Below, in pieces: positions 11,397 to 22,619 of a stretch of DNA of 64,000 nucleotides; position 1 is the first letter of the stretch, and every line of letters begins with the position of its first letter. Origin of the DNA: Cirrosporium novae-zelandiae (Eukaryota). The notes under the pieces were generated by a model, which was not told the DNA's origin, did not search any database, and worked only from the letters and a program-made list of their open reading frames with translations. The stretch spans positions 496,001 to 560,000 of the forward strand of contig JAPETS010000001.1 in assembly GCA_026023565.1 (NCBI GenBank). Direction: 5' to 3'. The translations under genes and the position numbers were made by a program.

Positions 11397-14193
11397 AGTG
11401 TATATTAAAGGCCTCAGAGATAGGCCTAATGGTGGTTGAAAAGGGTTCTTGGAAACCCCTGAAGGCACTAGATGGGTACTTTTGTAAAGATGTAGATACT
11501 TTGATGGTAAAACCTAGGTCGTAGGATAACCGTGTGGATAGCGGATGTAGGTGTCGGTGCAGATATAGGAGCCCACCTGACAGATGTGGTAGATGTGGTA
11601 GATGTGTGACGATAATGTCACCGATAAGCGGCTGATTGTTGGAATTGACAGGTTATCTCAAACCCGATACACCATTTAATAAAATGTAGTTAAATTGAAG
11701 TATCCAAATAGGATCAACGATGGAGAAGGAAGAAATGCCATGAGAAGGGCATTTTAGGGTAGGTAGCTACATATAAGAGTAACTACAAAAAGAAAAGAAA
11801 CGAGATAGAGGTTGGCAAGGCGGCACCTCCACACCCTACTCTTTAAAGGTAGAAGACTGGGCAAGCAGTCTTGGGTTTAAGTCTTGGTTGGTTCATGATG
11901 ATAGAAAAAGTAGGCGGCAGCTTTTCGTCAAGAAAGACGGAAGTTCCAGTTCCAGGTTAATGCTACAGGTCTATTGTCTGAACTGGGATTAGGACAGAAT
12001 CTCAAACCAACATGCCGTGAACCTGAATGGCGCAGCACCTCTAATGACTCCTTGGGCTTTAAAACCCAGCCCTTGGTAGGCAAATCAAAGAGCCAATGAT
12101 GGCATCATGCTTGGCGAGGCTTGGCTCCCTTGGCTCTCTTGGCTAATTTAATGTCCAAGCAGTCCAATTCAAGCATGTGCAGTAATTATCCAACATAATT
12201 AATTGAAATATTTTTATGCCTATCTTAATTTGGGTTAGGCTGGCACATTATATTATCTACTATCTGCAGGCAAGGATTACTCCTCTGTCAAATTCAAGAC
12301 AATGGATAAAGCTTCCCATATTTACCTTTGTGTTTGTTGCTACTCCTGATCATTACTTTTTCTTGTGCTGCAAATTAAAGTACATACATAGTTCAATCGA
12401 TCCATTTCATGATTTGGGTGGAGCCCTCTCCACATCCCTGTGTATGTGACAGATCTCGATCAATATTACATGTACTCGAGCAGATAATTAGTTAATAACG
12501 CTAGACTACTTTCGAAAGCAATCACTCTTCTTTTTTCAGACCTTGTTTTGCTTCAAAACTTCTTCCCCAAATATCTATGTCATTCATTCTGCAAAGTAGA
12601 GTCTTTCTTTCTAGTAATACAGTACAAAGTAGCCGACAAGGAATTCCTCAAATTTCTAATCCTTTATCCTACAACGGCATAAATAATGTTTGTTCTCAAT
12701 ATTCTAGATGTATATATGTGTGTGTGTGACCTCATATCCTTCCTTCATCGTGAAATTTGTATCTGGACTCATCCTTACTGTCTATTATCTGGGATCCGGA
12801 TTGCTTGATCATAGTTTTCATCTAGCAACTAGAGCATCGATACACAGCAGCAGCTATCAACCGAAGTCCTTTTATTGACACGCTCATACCTATCAAGTAC
12901 ATGTTATATTCATTCTATAAATTTCCACCCCAACCCCAGCACCGGAGATTTTTGGGAATCCCGTATGGCTGGCTTCTCGAGCGAATAATACTTATGAGCA
13001 GAAAAAGGAATCGCACAAAGAGAATGCGCTCACTCAGCTTTCTGACTAACCTCGGAGATGTTAAGCAGGAAGATTTGTAATGCAGTCAAGAAGAAGTACT
13101 TCCGAGTCAACAATCTGACGGATCAACCCAACCGCTATCGGATTCCTCATCTCAGCTTCTACCCCGAGCGATCGCCTCGAGGATTTACAATTTCGATGCT
13201 CCTCAAAGTCCATCCGAACTATCTTAGTAATCACAGACAGCATTCCGCCGAAACGATGCAAACTACACGACATCCAACACCACTTGAGCGATTAATACCG
13301 TGGGGAGATGATGAGCTGTTTATACCACCACCGACAGTGCAGCCCGACAATTGGAATCTAGATCATAAATTTAATAGGCTATCTTATGCTAACCTTTAGG
13401 CCTTGGCTGGAAATCCAATTGATATTTTCGGCCTCACGTCATAGCTCATACTTATGCTAGCTATCCTCGCGCGAAGGAAAATGGAGTAATAATACAAGGC
13501 AAAATCACTAGTCTTCTCCTACTTATGTTGTCATTTGTAAAAGGGAGTAAAATCTATAAATTTTTACAAGAAGGTCTGCAAGTAGTGTAGGGGGGTAAAT
13601 CAATAGCGACCCCTGTACTAAAAGCGTTGAAGCGAGCTTAGATATAAATTACCTAGTAATATAACAACTTAGGGGTTGTAAAAACTTCCAAGTTCTATTA
13701 ATCTAATTAATCTCTTCGAGAGAGGCGTAAAAAATATCCATATTTTACTTAGACAGGCTTATTGAACCACCCACACTGAAGGGTGGAGAGGGAATTAGAA
13801 TGAGAGAGCTAGCTATATATAAAGGAGAGAGAGAGAGAGAGAGAAATAATTGAAAAAAGGTGGAAGGAGGAGTTCCTTTATTGGAAATTATTTATTTTTA
13901 TGCAAAATATAAAAATGTCAGATACCAAGTCTAATAAGTGATGAGGATCCTTTAAAAAACGTTAGCAATAAGGGAGTTTATATCTAGGAGAAGATGTTGA
14001 ATTTCCTATTAAGGGCTTATGAACTTGACCTCTCAACACCAAAAAATAAATAAAAATATCAAAAAGCTCGGCTTCTTCTGGTGTGAAGAAACCAGTACGA
14101 AACGACCCTTCTCCAGAAGTATTGATCAGGTACTTCTAGGTCGGGGTGGTTATCTCATCAATCTTCGAACCTTCCTGCATTTTTATATTTATT

Positions 14194-14284
14194 TGTTCTT
14201 GCCAGGATTCGAACATGGAACTTTGAGGTGTTACATTTTACTCTTGCGCTGAGTAAAGCGAACTCTTAACCAGTGGGATAGAGC
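14194..14284 (-). pseudogene. Degenerate tRNA-like element (tRNA pseudogene or tRNA-derived SINE head)
   Basis: Minus strand: A-box-like TGGTTAAGAG and T-arm/B-box CCATGTTCGAATCCTGG followed by CAAGAACA. The acceptor stem is mismatched and the anticodon arm is not canonical. Confidence 0.4.
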
Positions 14285-14383
14285 TCTGGTTTATTGTTTG
14301 AGCTAATCACCCGGTAACCTTGGTTGGAAGGACCTTACAACATAGTATAAAGACCTTCCTTACCGAGGCACCGTGGCCATGAC

Positions 14384-14417
14384 CCAGCCTTATGGTCCAG
14401 CCTTATGGTCCAGCCTT
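14384..14417. repeat. 13-bp tandem repeat (CCAGCCTTATGGT) x2.6
   Basis: CCAGCCTTATGGT CCAGCCTTATGGT CCAGCCTT read directly. Confidence 0.8.
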
Positions 14418-15646
14418 GTTCAGTGAAAGTCTCAGCTCCCCAAACTTAGCAGTGGCAGGTTAGCTGACCTTCATCTAGCCTTTTCAAATCGGATACCCTC
14501 ATTCGGCTTTCACAACAGCTCTTGACATCTACCATCACAACTGCACCTGATCTCGTTGACCCTCATTTGACGAGTTATTGACACACCAAAGCACTTCCAA
14601 TAATAAGCCACCTCTTTAACATTGTGCGTGCAGGCTCCAACAGGTCCTAAGCGATCTTCCATCATTAGCGACTGGACACCATCAACTAACATGATAGGTT
14701 TCCTTGATGTATCCCACGGTCCTAGATCATCCATCGGCAAACACAACTCCTTATCCAGCTGCACAAGAACAACGGCAATAACAAAATAGAAAGACGTTTC
14801 CAGACTCAGTTTTGAACGCTAACATCAACGACACGGTTGAGATACTCAGAAAGCTTGACATAATAGTAGCGCTACAGCTATTACACATCAACGATGAAAG
14901 AAAAAGCTTGGGGGCGAAACAAGAATGAAAAGTCTTATGGGAAAAGGGCTCTGGCGATACCATTTAATACAGGTCTCCAACATGAGATGTTGTCAGTCAT
15001 ACTTGTGAGCTGAGGTTGAAGATTGATGTAGCACAAGGGCTAGTGCCGGGTTGATCGGTCATCCTAAGTACTGTACTTACCATAGTAGGTAGTGCTAGTT
15101 GTCTAACCTCTCGGCTAACGGCATGAAGCAGGAACTATCAAATATTATTGACTAGAGGGTATGTACTTGAAATTGTGAGACTAAATCCTACATGGAAGTC
15201 TCCAATGTACCACTCGAGTACTCTATGGTGTATATATAATTAGATCGAACACTCTGTACTACCCTACTTACGGCCGAAAGGATCGCTCTGATCGGGAGGC
15301 ACTTAACTACGTGAATTATTTACTATGGATATACTTGAATCACATTGAAAAGCTTTGGACTTGCAGGTGGTAAAAAAATCCCCATCATAACGGGAATATA
15401 TTGATTGTTCAATTGCCACCTTAGTCATCCATAAAATAACATAAAAAAAAAGCCGTCTACCCCGTTTTTCTTCATTTCAGGGAGTCGGTCCCGAATACCT
15501 CCCCCCTACAAAAAAATCCTATCCCTGTACACATGAATAAAACCATGCGCGCAAAATGCCAGTCATCATTGAACGAAATGAATGCGCCTTGATTGTCCAT
15601 CTCATTTTATATACTTTCTCCTTTCCTTCATTAATGCCCTGACTAC

Positions 15647-18610
15647 CTACAGCTCATCGCGCGTGTGTGGAGTTGATGAAGTCGCAGCTGAAGTGGTGGT
15701 AGTGGACGTATAAACATCCGTGCTCCTGGCCTTACGACCCGGTTTCTTGGAAGAGCTGGAGCCGGGACCCGAGCTCGACTTTGTCTTGGTGGATCTCTTT
15801 GATGATTTTGCTTTTTCTTGTGATTTGGCTCTCTTTGCGCTCCTTTGGAGGAGATCCGTGACTAGCTTGTTTAGTTCCTGAATTTTGCCTTCCAGGTCTA
15901 CGCTTAACAATACGGCGTCTTCATGTGCTGCGAGTGAATCCTGTTCCTTGGTTTTGGAGACGAGCCAGAATGAGATACGGGTATAGGTTTCTGAGACGGA
16001 AGAGAGTTCGGAGGGTGTATATGGGGATGGTGGGGGAGAGGGGATGGTAGATGCTGTGGAGCTAGATACGCTGGTGGAGGGTTCGTCCAGGGAGGCGAAG
16101 GGATCGGAATCGTCGCTTTCTGATGTGGTTGCTGTGGTTGCAGAGGATGAGCTATCAGACAAGGAGCTGGAACTTGACCAAGAAGCCGCAGCATCTGCTG
16201 CCTTATCAATCGACCCCTTGATAATTCCTTCCATCATCTTAGTCTGTTCCAATTTTTCTTCCAGGTCTTTTATCAATCCTGGTCTCTTCTTTGCTTCCTC
16301 CACCCTCTTCTTCACCGGATTGACTAAATCTTCAATCTCCTTCAGCCTAGCCTTCAGTATCTCGGTTGATGCATCTGATCCATCTCCATATAGCCAATCG
16401 CTGGCCGCCTCAAATTTCTCTTCGATGATATTGCGCGCAGAGTCCGTGGAAGCACCAATGAAATCATCATCAGAAAGAAGTTCACGTGCACGGTAAGTAT
16501 ATGATTCGAGAGCATTGAAAGCTTCTTCACGAAGCAAACGGGCACGATCGGAGGCATCAAAGGCCGCAAGCCGGGATTTTATCCGTGTCAGAGATTTGCT
16601 CGGAATAGTTGGCAGGCCTAGGGGCGATGTCGTGAAGGAAATCGGGATAATTACTGTGCTAGGCTTAGGGGGTTCGCTAGCTTCTGGGGAAGAGGCTGAC
16701 GAATCACTGTTTGTTTCCGTTGAAGCCGATGGAGACCCCGAAGTAGAAGAAGACGTGGTTTTTGATGATGAAGTATGGGATTCCGCCTGCAGAGGTTCCT
16801 GTGCATCAGCTTTCTTGGAACCAAATCCAAAAAAGCCTTTCATTTCATCCATAACGCCCCCTTTCTTGCCAGTTGTTTCGCAGCTCACAGACCCACGAAC
16901 AACCTCCGGTAACCCATCGGAGGGACTCAATTGGAGAACGAAGCTGGTGCTGATGTTTGTAGCAGCACAGCCGTATTTATCCTTAAGTTCTGAAACAGAA
17001 GCAGTCAGGTTCTTAGTCTTGATGTTGGTGATTGGAGAGTCGGTTGGTGAATCAGCCCCTGGAAGTTGCTGGTAGAGATCAAATGAAAAGTCATCAAGGT
17101 TCTTGAACGGAATCTGCTTCTCCACACCAACCTGAGAAGTAGGTGTAAAGACCTTCTGGTTTCGGGTCTTGCTATCTGATTTCCATTGCAGACCAACGGC
17201 GTAACCTGCGGCATCGGAAGTTCGGATATCTTTGACTCGAAAGCTGGGGCTAAGTCCTGCCGCTTTGAAAGCAGCACCAAAGACGGCTGCTTCATCAGCA
17301 TTGACATTCGTTCTTATTTTGCTGGGGTCTTTCGTTAAAGCCTCAAGCTGCTTTTGAACAAAGGGAGTTCGAACAGCCCCACCATGAAGGATGATAGAGT
17401 CAAGATCTGAAATATTCAACTTTGCAGCTTCGAGAGCTTGAGTGATAGGGGTTGATACTTTTAGGGATTGCGCTGATGTCAACTCCTCGAAATGGGTTCG
17501 AGGAAGCATATACTTGAAGTGACTATCTTCATGGTATAAGCTTTCGAGATTAACGTATGCCTCAGAGTTGGCACTTAGGACTTGTCGGATCCTTTCGGAT
17601 TCTTTCCAAAGCCTTGCCATAGTCTTTCCATGACCCTTGATTTGTTCAGCACTAACACCTAGACTGGTCATACTGTCTGTCTTCGCAAGCTCTTTGACCA
17701 TGTCTTCAACAATCAGAGAGTTCAGACTGTCACCTCCCAGTGTTCGATCCCAGCCTGTACCTATGACTTGGACTTCTTGGACATCCTTGGTGAATTTACC
17801 AACATCCTTCACTGTTCTACCCTGGAATCGTATAAGTGTTGCGGTCGTTGAGCCCGCACCCATGTCATATACGAGATGGTATTCAGGACTTTCGCCTTTG
17901 CTAACACTAGGGAACGTCCTACTAGTAGCGTAATTCAACCCAACGGCAAGCCCGTCACTGATCAATGCGAGAACTTTTAAACCAGCCAGATCGGCAGCCA
18001 TTAAGATTGCTCTTTTTTCTTCCGCTGTGTAGAAAGCTGGAATCGTGATAACAACGTTATCAAGAGAAGTGCCTTGGCCAGCCATTGAGTCTGCATTATG
18101 TTTGATATTTTTCAGTTCCATAGCTAGTATCTCCTCTACTAAGAAGGGCTCTTGTGGTTTTCCGGCGCTTTCGCTTTGAAACCCAACTGTGCCCTTCTCC
18201 TCTGTTTCGACCAGATGTAATCCTGGAAATATTTTTTTATATTCCCCAACAATATCGGAGCCCTTGACAGGCATTCCAAGCAACGGTTTCAAGTTGAGAT
18301 AAACATCCGCCGGAAATCTTGCCGCCACAGCTAGCGCATCTCCCCCATATAATCTTTCTGGAAAGGATTTGGCATCCTGTGATTGAGATCTCGATGGCTT
18401 AAAAGCAACTGCGGCACTCTCTTTTCGTTTGGAATCTTTCGTGAGGACAATCTCTAATGGTACCCCAGGCTTGACCAAGACGGCTTTGAGATACTCGGTT
18501 CCAAAGTCTATGCCTATAACCCCCCAAGCTGCCGATGCAGTAGTTGTGAAGAGGAGGAAGGAAAGAAGGACGTTTAATAGGGTCAGCCGTCGGCGCCCTG
18601 GAGGTTCCAT
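15647..18610 (-). CDS. LHS1: ER lumenal Hsp70-family nucleotide exchange factor Lhs1/GRP170
   Basis: Signal peptide, GIDFGTEYLKAVLVKPGVPLEIVLTKDSKRKE, YDMGAGSTTATL, NVNADEAAVFGA and C-terminal RDEL. Intronless. Confidence 0.95.
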   Translation of the reverse strand: MEPPGRRRLTLLNVLLSFLLFTTTASAAWGVIGIDFGTEYLKAVLVKPGVPLEIVLTKDSKRKESAAVAFKPSRSQSQDAKSFPERLYGGDALAVAARFPADVYLNLKPLLGMPVKGSDIVGEYKKIFPGLHLVETEEKGTVGFQSESAGKPQEPFLVEEILAMELKNIKHNADSMAGQGTSLDNVVITIPAFYTAEEKRAILMAADLAGLKVLALISDGLAVGLNYATSRTFPSVSKGESPEYHLVYDMGAGSTTATLIRFQGRTVKDVGKFTKDVQEVQVIGTGWDRTLGGDSLNSLIVEDMVKELAKTDSMTSLGVSAEQIKGHGKTMARLWKESERIRQVLSANSEAYVNLESLYHEDSHFKYMLPRTHFEELTSAQSLKVSTPITQALEAAKLNISDLDSIILHGGAVRTPFVQKQLEALTKDPSKIRTNVNADEAAVFGAAFKAAGLSPSFRVKDIRTSDAAGYAVGLQWKSDSKTRNQKVFTPTSQVGVEKQIPFKNLDDFSFDLYQQLPGADSPTDSPITNIKTKNLTASVSELKDKYGCAATNISTSFVLQLSPSDGLPEVVRGSVSCETTGKKGGVMDEMKGFFGFGSKKADAQEPLQAESHTSSSKTTSSSTSGSPSASTETNSDSSASSPEASEPPKPSTVIIPISFTTSPLGLPTIPSKSLTRIKSRLAAFDASDRARLLREEAFNALESYTYRARELLSDDDFIGASTDSARNIIEEKFEAASDWLYGDGSDASTEILKARLKEIEDLVNPVKKRVEEAKKRPGLIKDLEEKLEQTKMMEGIIKGSIDKAADAAASWSSSSSLSDSSSSATTATTSESDDSDPFASLDEPSTSVSSSTASTIPSPPPSPYTPSELSSVSETYTRISFWLVSKTKEQDSLAAHEDAVLLSVDLEGKIQELNKLVTDLLQRSAKRAKSQEKAKSSKRSTKTKSSSGPGSSSSKKPGRKARSTDVYTSTTTTSAATSSTPHTRDEL

Positions 18611-18997
18611 TATGTTTACAGTGACGTAAGAGTTCAAGGTCTATAAGAAATTTTTAGGAAGGAAAAGATGGAAGAGAAATAAGGGAATGAGTTGGAGGTG
18701 TGCAGATTTCTATAGAGAATGAAATGGCCACATAATGGCTTTATCGTTGCGATCTTCTACCTGTTTCTTCTTCAGCATAAAGGACAACTTGCGATTGGTA
18801 TAGGGCTGAGGAAGCAAACCGCTCAAACATACCAAATGTGTTCAGTGGGCTTTTGATTTTCCTTATCGATAAAGAGGAAGCTTAAGGTTACCGCTGATCA
18901 CGAAATTTGCAAAATCAAAGCTCATTAGTTAGCTATCTACCTACACTTCCCGCAGCTTTCTACAGCTATTCTAAACAAAAGCCATACTCCTAACAAA

Positions 18998-21401
18998 ATG
19001 GTTAAAAGAAAGGTTGGCGCCCTTGAAAAGGTTGATGCTGATCTGTAAGTGTCTGATGTCTTAATTCTTGATTTGGAATTACCGCTAATCAATGCATGCG
19101 CTATTAGCCCAAATTTACAGAACAAAATTCGAAGAGATCCAACGTAAGGCCCATCGCACAAAAGAATAAGGCAATTCAATAACAGCCATATAGGTCTTAT
19201 GAGACAGACTTTTTAAAACAATATTCTCAATATGAAACGCAAAGAGAGCTCTTTCTACAGGCGCCATCCACCGCCACGGATTCTGGCATTATTAGTTTAC
19301 GCGATCTAATCGACTTTATCTCCCATGTCGCAGACTGCTACCGTGATATTACAAAAACGTTTCCGGGGGAATTAATGCACATATTGACTTTGCACCATGA
19401 AAGCCTTGAATATGAGCTCCGAGAGAAGATTGTGGGAAGTCTAGTTCTCTTACGAAAGAAGGAAATTATTGATTCACCGGCGTAAGAATACATGTTTGGT
19501 GGGGAAATCTTGGTACTAATTATGGTTCTAGGCTTTTGAATACCCTTTTTCCTATTCTTACGACGACAAGCAGTAAAATTCTTCGAACACTTCTTTTTCA
19601 GAAGATACTATCTGATCTACGCTCCTCGAATTCCAAGACCACCAATCATAAATTAAACCGTACTGTACAATCCCTTCTACATAATCTGGTGACAGCCGAT
19701 AAAACGTCGCCGAAAGGAATATGGGCTGTAAAAATAACCCGCGAAATGTGGAAACGGCAAATATGGACCGATGCAAAGGCGGTGGAAATAATGAAGGAGG
19801 CTAGCCTGGCAGAGAATGAGAAAGTGATAGGAGGTGGGGTCAGATTCTTTCTCGGGGGTGACAAGGAAAGAGAAGAGATGGAAGAGGAGAGTGATGACGA
19901 AGAAGGTATTGACATTGCTAAGATGCGACACCAGACGGGAATAAACAAGAAAACGAAAAAAAAGGCAAAGGCAATGGAAAGAGCTATTACGACAGTGAAG
20001 AAGAAGGAAAAGAACAAAAACAAACCACATCCATTGAATTTCTCTGCATTGCATTTACTTCACGACCCACAAGGATTTGCAGAATCGCTATTTTCTAGGC
20101 ATCTTCAAAATCCAAAGTCAAAGCTCAATCTGGAGCAGAAACTTCTTGTGCTTCAACTAGTATCTCGACTTATCGGTCTTCACAGACTCTCACTCATCAA
20201 TCTATATTCATACTTTCTGAAATATCTAACGCCTCGTCAACCATCCGTTACATCATTCCTCGCGTCTTTGGCTCAAGCAACCCATCCTCTGGTCCCACCT
20301 GACGTTCTCGAACCACTCGTGCAAAAGATCGCCAATGAATTCGTCTCTGAAGCAGCAGCCGCAGAGGTTGCATCTGCAGGCCTGAATGCTATCCGTGAAA
20401 TATGCGTCCGTCAACCTCTTGCTATGAATGATACACTACTTCAGGATTTAGTCATGTACAGAAAAAGTAAGGATAAAGGTGTGGTGATGGCTGCCAAGGG
20501 TCTCCTAAGTCTTTATAGGGAGGTGGGTGCGGGCATGCTGAAAAGGCGTGACCGAGGAAAAGATGCTACGATTGGATTGCGATTAGGCGAAAAAAGAAAT
20601 GTTCGATTCGGAGAAGAGCAGGCTGGGGAGATTGAAAGAATTGAGCTCCTTGAGCAATGGAAAGAAGAACAAAGGAGACAGAAGAGGATCGAAAAAGGGC
20701 TGCCATCTGATGGCAGTGACGAAGAAGAGGGCGCGGACGAAGACTGGGGGGCCTGGGATGTTGAGGATGACGATAGCGATGATTCGGGAGGATGGATCAA
20801 TGTTGAGAGTGATGAAGAAATTGAAATCAGTGATAGCGAAGACGAAAATCGACCCTCCAAAAAAGCCAAGACCGAGTCTGGTGCCACAGAAGGAGATAAG
20901 GAAAAACTAGAGCAGGTAGAAGGAGAGAAAAAGATTTCTACGTTAGCGACGACAAAAATCCTCACTCCGGCAGATCTTGCGAAGCTTCAGGAATTACGGA
21001 TGGAAGCGAATGTAAACAAGCTCCTTCCCTCAGCCAGACGAAGACAGCTAGCACAGCAAAAAATACAAGATCGCCACATGGATGACCCATTGACGGCGGC
21101 CGAAATTGAGGGACTTGCGGCACTTTCTGCAAAGAAGACTAAAGAGGAAAAAGTCGCTGCGGTTCGAGAGGGGAAGGGAGAGCGGAATGAACACAAGAGT
21201 ACCCAGGCGCTTCGCAAAGAGAAGAAAACTAGCGAAGGGAAGAGTACAACGAATAAGGAAAAGGCCAGGAAGAAGAATTTCTTGATGACTTTGGGAAAAG
21301 CCAAAGGAAAGCAAAAAAGAAGTTTGGTGGAACAGGGCAAAGTCCTGAGAGCTCACATTGACAGGGGAAAGAAAGGAGGGAGAAGAGGAAATCGTGGATG
21401 A
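18998..21401 (+). CDS. SDA1: SDA1 60S ribosome biogenesis protein, multi-exon
   Basis: MVKRKVGALEKVDADL|PNLQNKIRRDP|SYETDF..., LNFSALHLLHDPQGFAE and KSTTNKEKARKKNFLM. Confidence 0.95.
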
Positions 21402-21798
21402 TTGATTATTGTCTTGTTTAATTATTACCTCAATACCACAGTAGTTTGTGGGTGTCGTGTTCGTATTCTGGGGATTCTGGCTGTGCTGATGCTGGCTGTT
21501 CCACGATGGTGCGTAAACCTTTGCAGGACAGGCAGGGTAGTCGGTCCATTTTGTCATTTTGTGGCTTTGACCTTGGGGCTCAGCCTTGGCTCTAGAACCG
21601 GCTCGTGCCCCTATCTGCCTTGGTACAAGCTTTGTTTTATCAGGAAAGCTCAAAACATCGTCATTTCCCCTCCAAAGAAACAATTCAACAAATATTCAAG
21701 AAAACAACAGCTCAAGTACTCTTTTCGCCTCTCTCTTAATTTTATCTCACTTCAATCCAACCTTCAACCCCAACATTCGTTTAGACAATTGCTTCACC

Positions 21799-22608
21799 AT
21801 GTCATCTTCACAAGTTAAACGGCCATTTCAACCCAGAATCACTTCATTTTTCGACCGCACTGACGAAATCAATGCACCCACCACATCCACATCCATCTGG
21901 ACACAATCTTCTGCTCCATCAGTACCTCGCCCGGTGCAAACCTCTCTCCTAAACGTAGGAATGCGAATCCGAAAATCCGTCCCCTCAGGCTACAAAACTA
22001 AATCATGCTCATCTCCACAGCAAAACCCGGCTCAATTTCCTCCAGTCACACCAACCTTACGTCCTCGCGGTCTCTCATTATCTAAACCCAACAACCTCAT
22101 GCCCTGGTGCGGCATCATCAAAGACGACGGCATGTCCACGGAACCCACGCCATCCATCAACGACGTCCCAGCACTAGCATTTGACGACAGCCCTCCACCA
22201 AGCCAAGGCTCCCAATTTCCCAACGAAGCACCATCATCAACCCCCAGTCCACTGGGTCTCGCACCTCCGCCCCCGCCACTATCCTTGTCCTCCTCCTCTC
22301 CACAGCGCCCCCGCAACCTAAACACCCTCAAGCGGTCTTTCCAAGACTTCAACGAACTAGCCGATCCTACAAAAACCCTGGGCGAGAGCGGAATCCACGA
22401 CCGAGAATTCTACCCCATCTACCGACGCATGGAACCCAGATCCCCATCGCGACAGCGGTCGAATGCGTTTTCCACAGCCGACGGTGTAGGCTTGGGATTG
22501 TACATGAACTCGGATGACGAATTCAAGGAAGCGGATTTCTTGACGGAGGATTTTTATGGGAATCATCGATATAGCGATAGCAACGATGATGAAATGGAAA
22601 CGGATTGA
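21799..22608 (+). CDS. Ribonucleotide reductase inhibitor family protein (Spd1/Dif1-like)
   Basis: VQTSLLNVGMRIRKSVPSGYKT is the HUG/RNR_inhib motif. N-terminal PIP-box-like QPRITSFF and acidic C-terminal DEFKEADFL. Confidence 0.82.
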   Translation: MSSSQVKRPFQPRITSFFDRTDEINAPTTSTSIWTQSSAPSVPRPVQTSLLNVGMRIRKSVPSGYKTKSCSSPQQNPAQFPPVTPTLRPRGLSLSKPNNLMPWCGIIKDDGMSTEPTPSINDVPALAFDDSPPPSQGSQFPNEAPSSTPSPLGLAPPPPPLSLSSSSPQRPRNLNTLKRSFQDFNELADPTKTLGESGIHDREFYPIYRRMEPRSPSRQRSNAFSTADGVGLGLYMNSDDEFKEADFLTEDFYGNHRYSDSNDDEMETD

Positions 22609-22619
22609 GCTTTCTGGTC

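Noticed and set aside
12840..13700. ORF 13058-13399 and flanking stop-interrupted frames as a gene or transposon relic
   Set aside because: No recognisable domain, terminal repeats or splice structure. It may be a decayed gene, but I cannot support that without a search.
14510..14963. Short minus-strand ORFs (70-84 aa)
   Set aside because: No motif or convincing start; size is compatible with chance.
15904..21683. Many antisense or alternate-frame ORFs over LHS1 and SDA1
   Set aside because: Shadow ORFs of long, compositionally biased genes.
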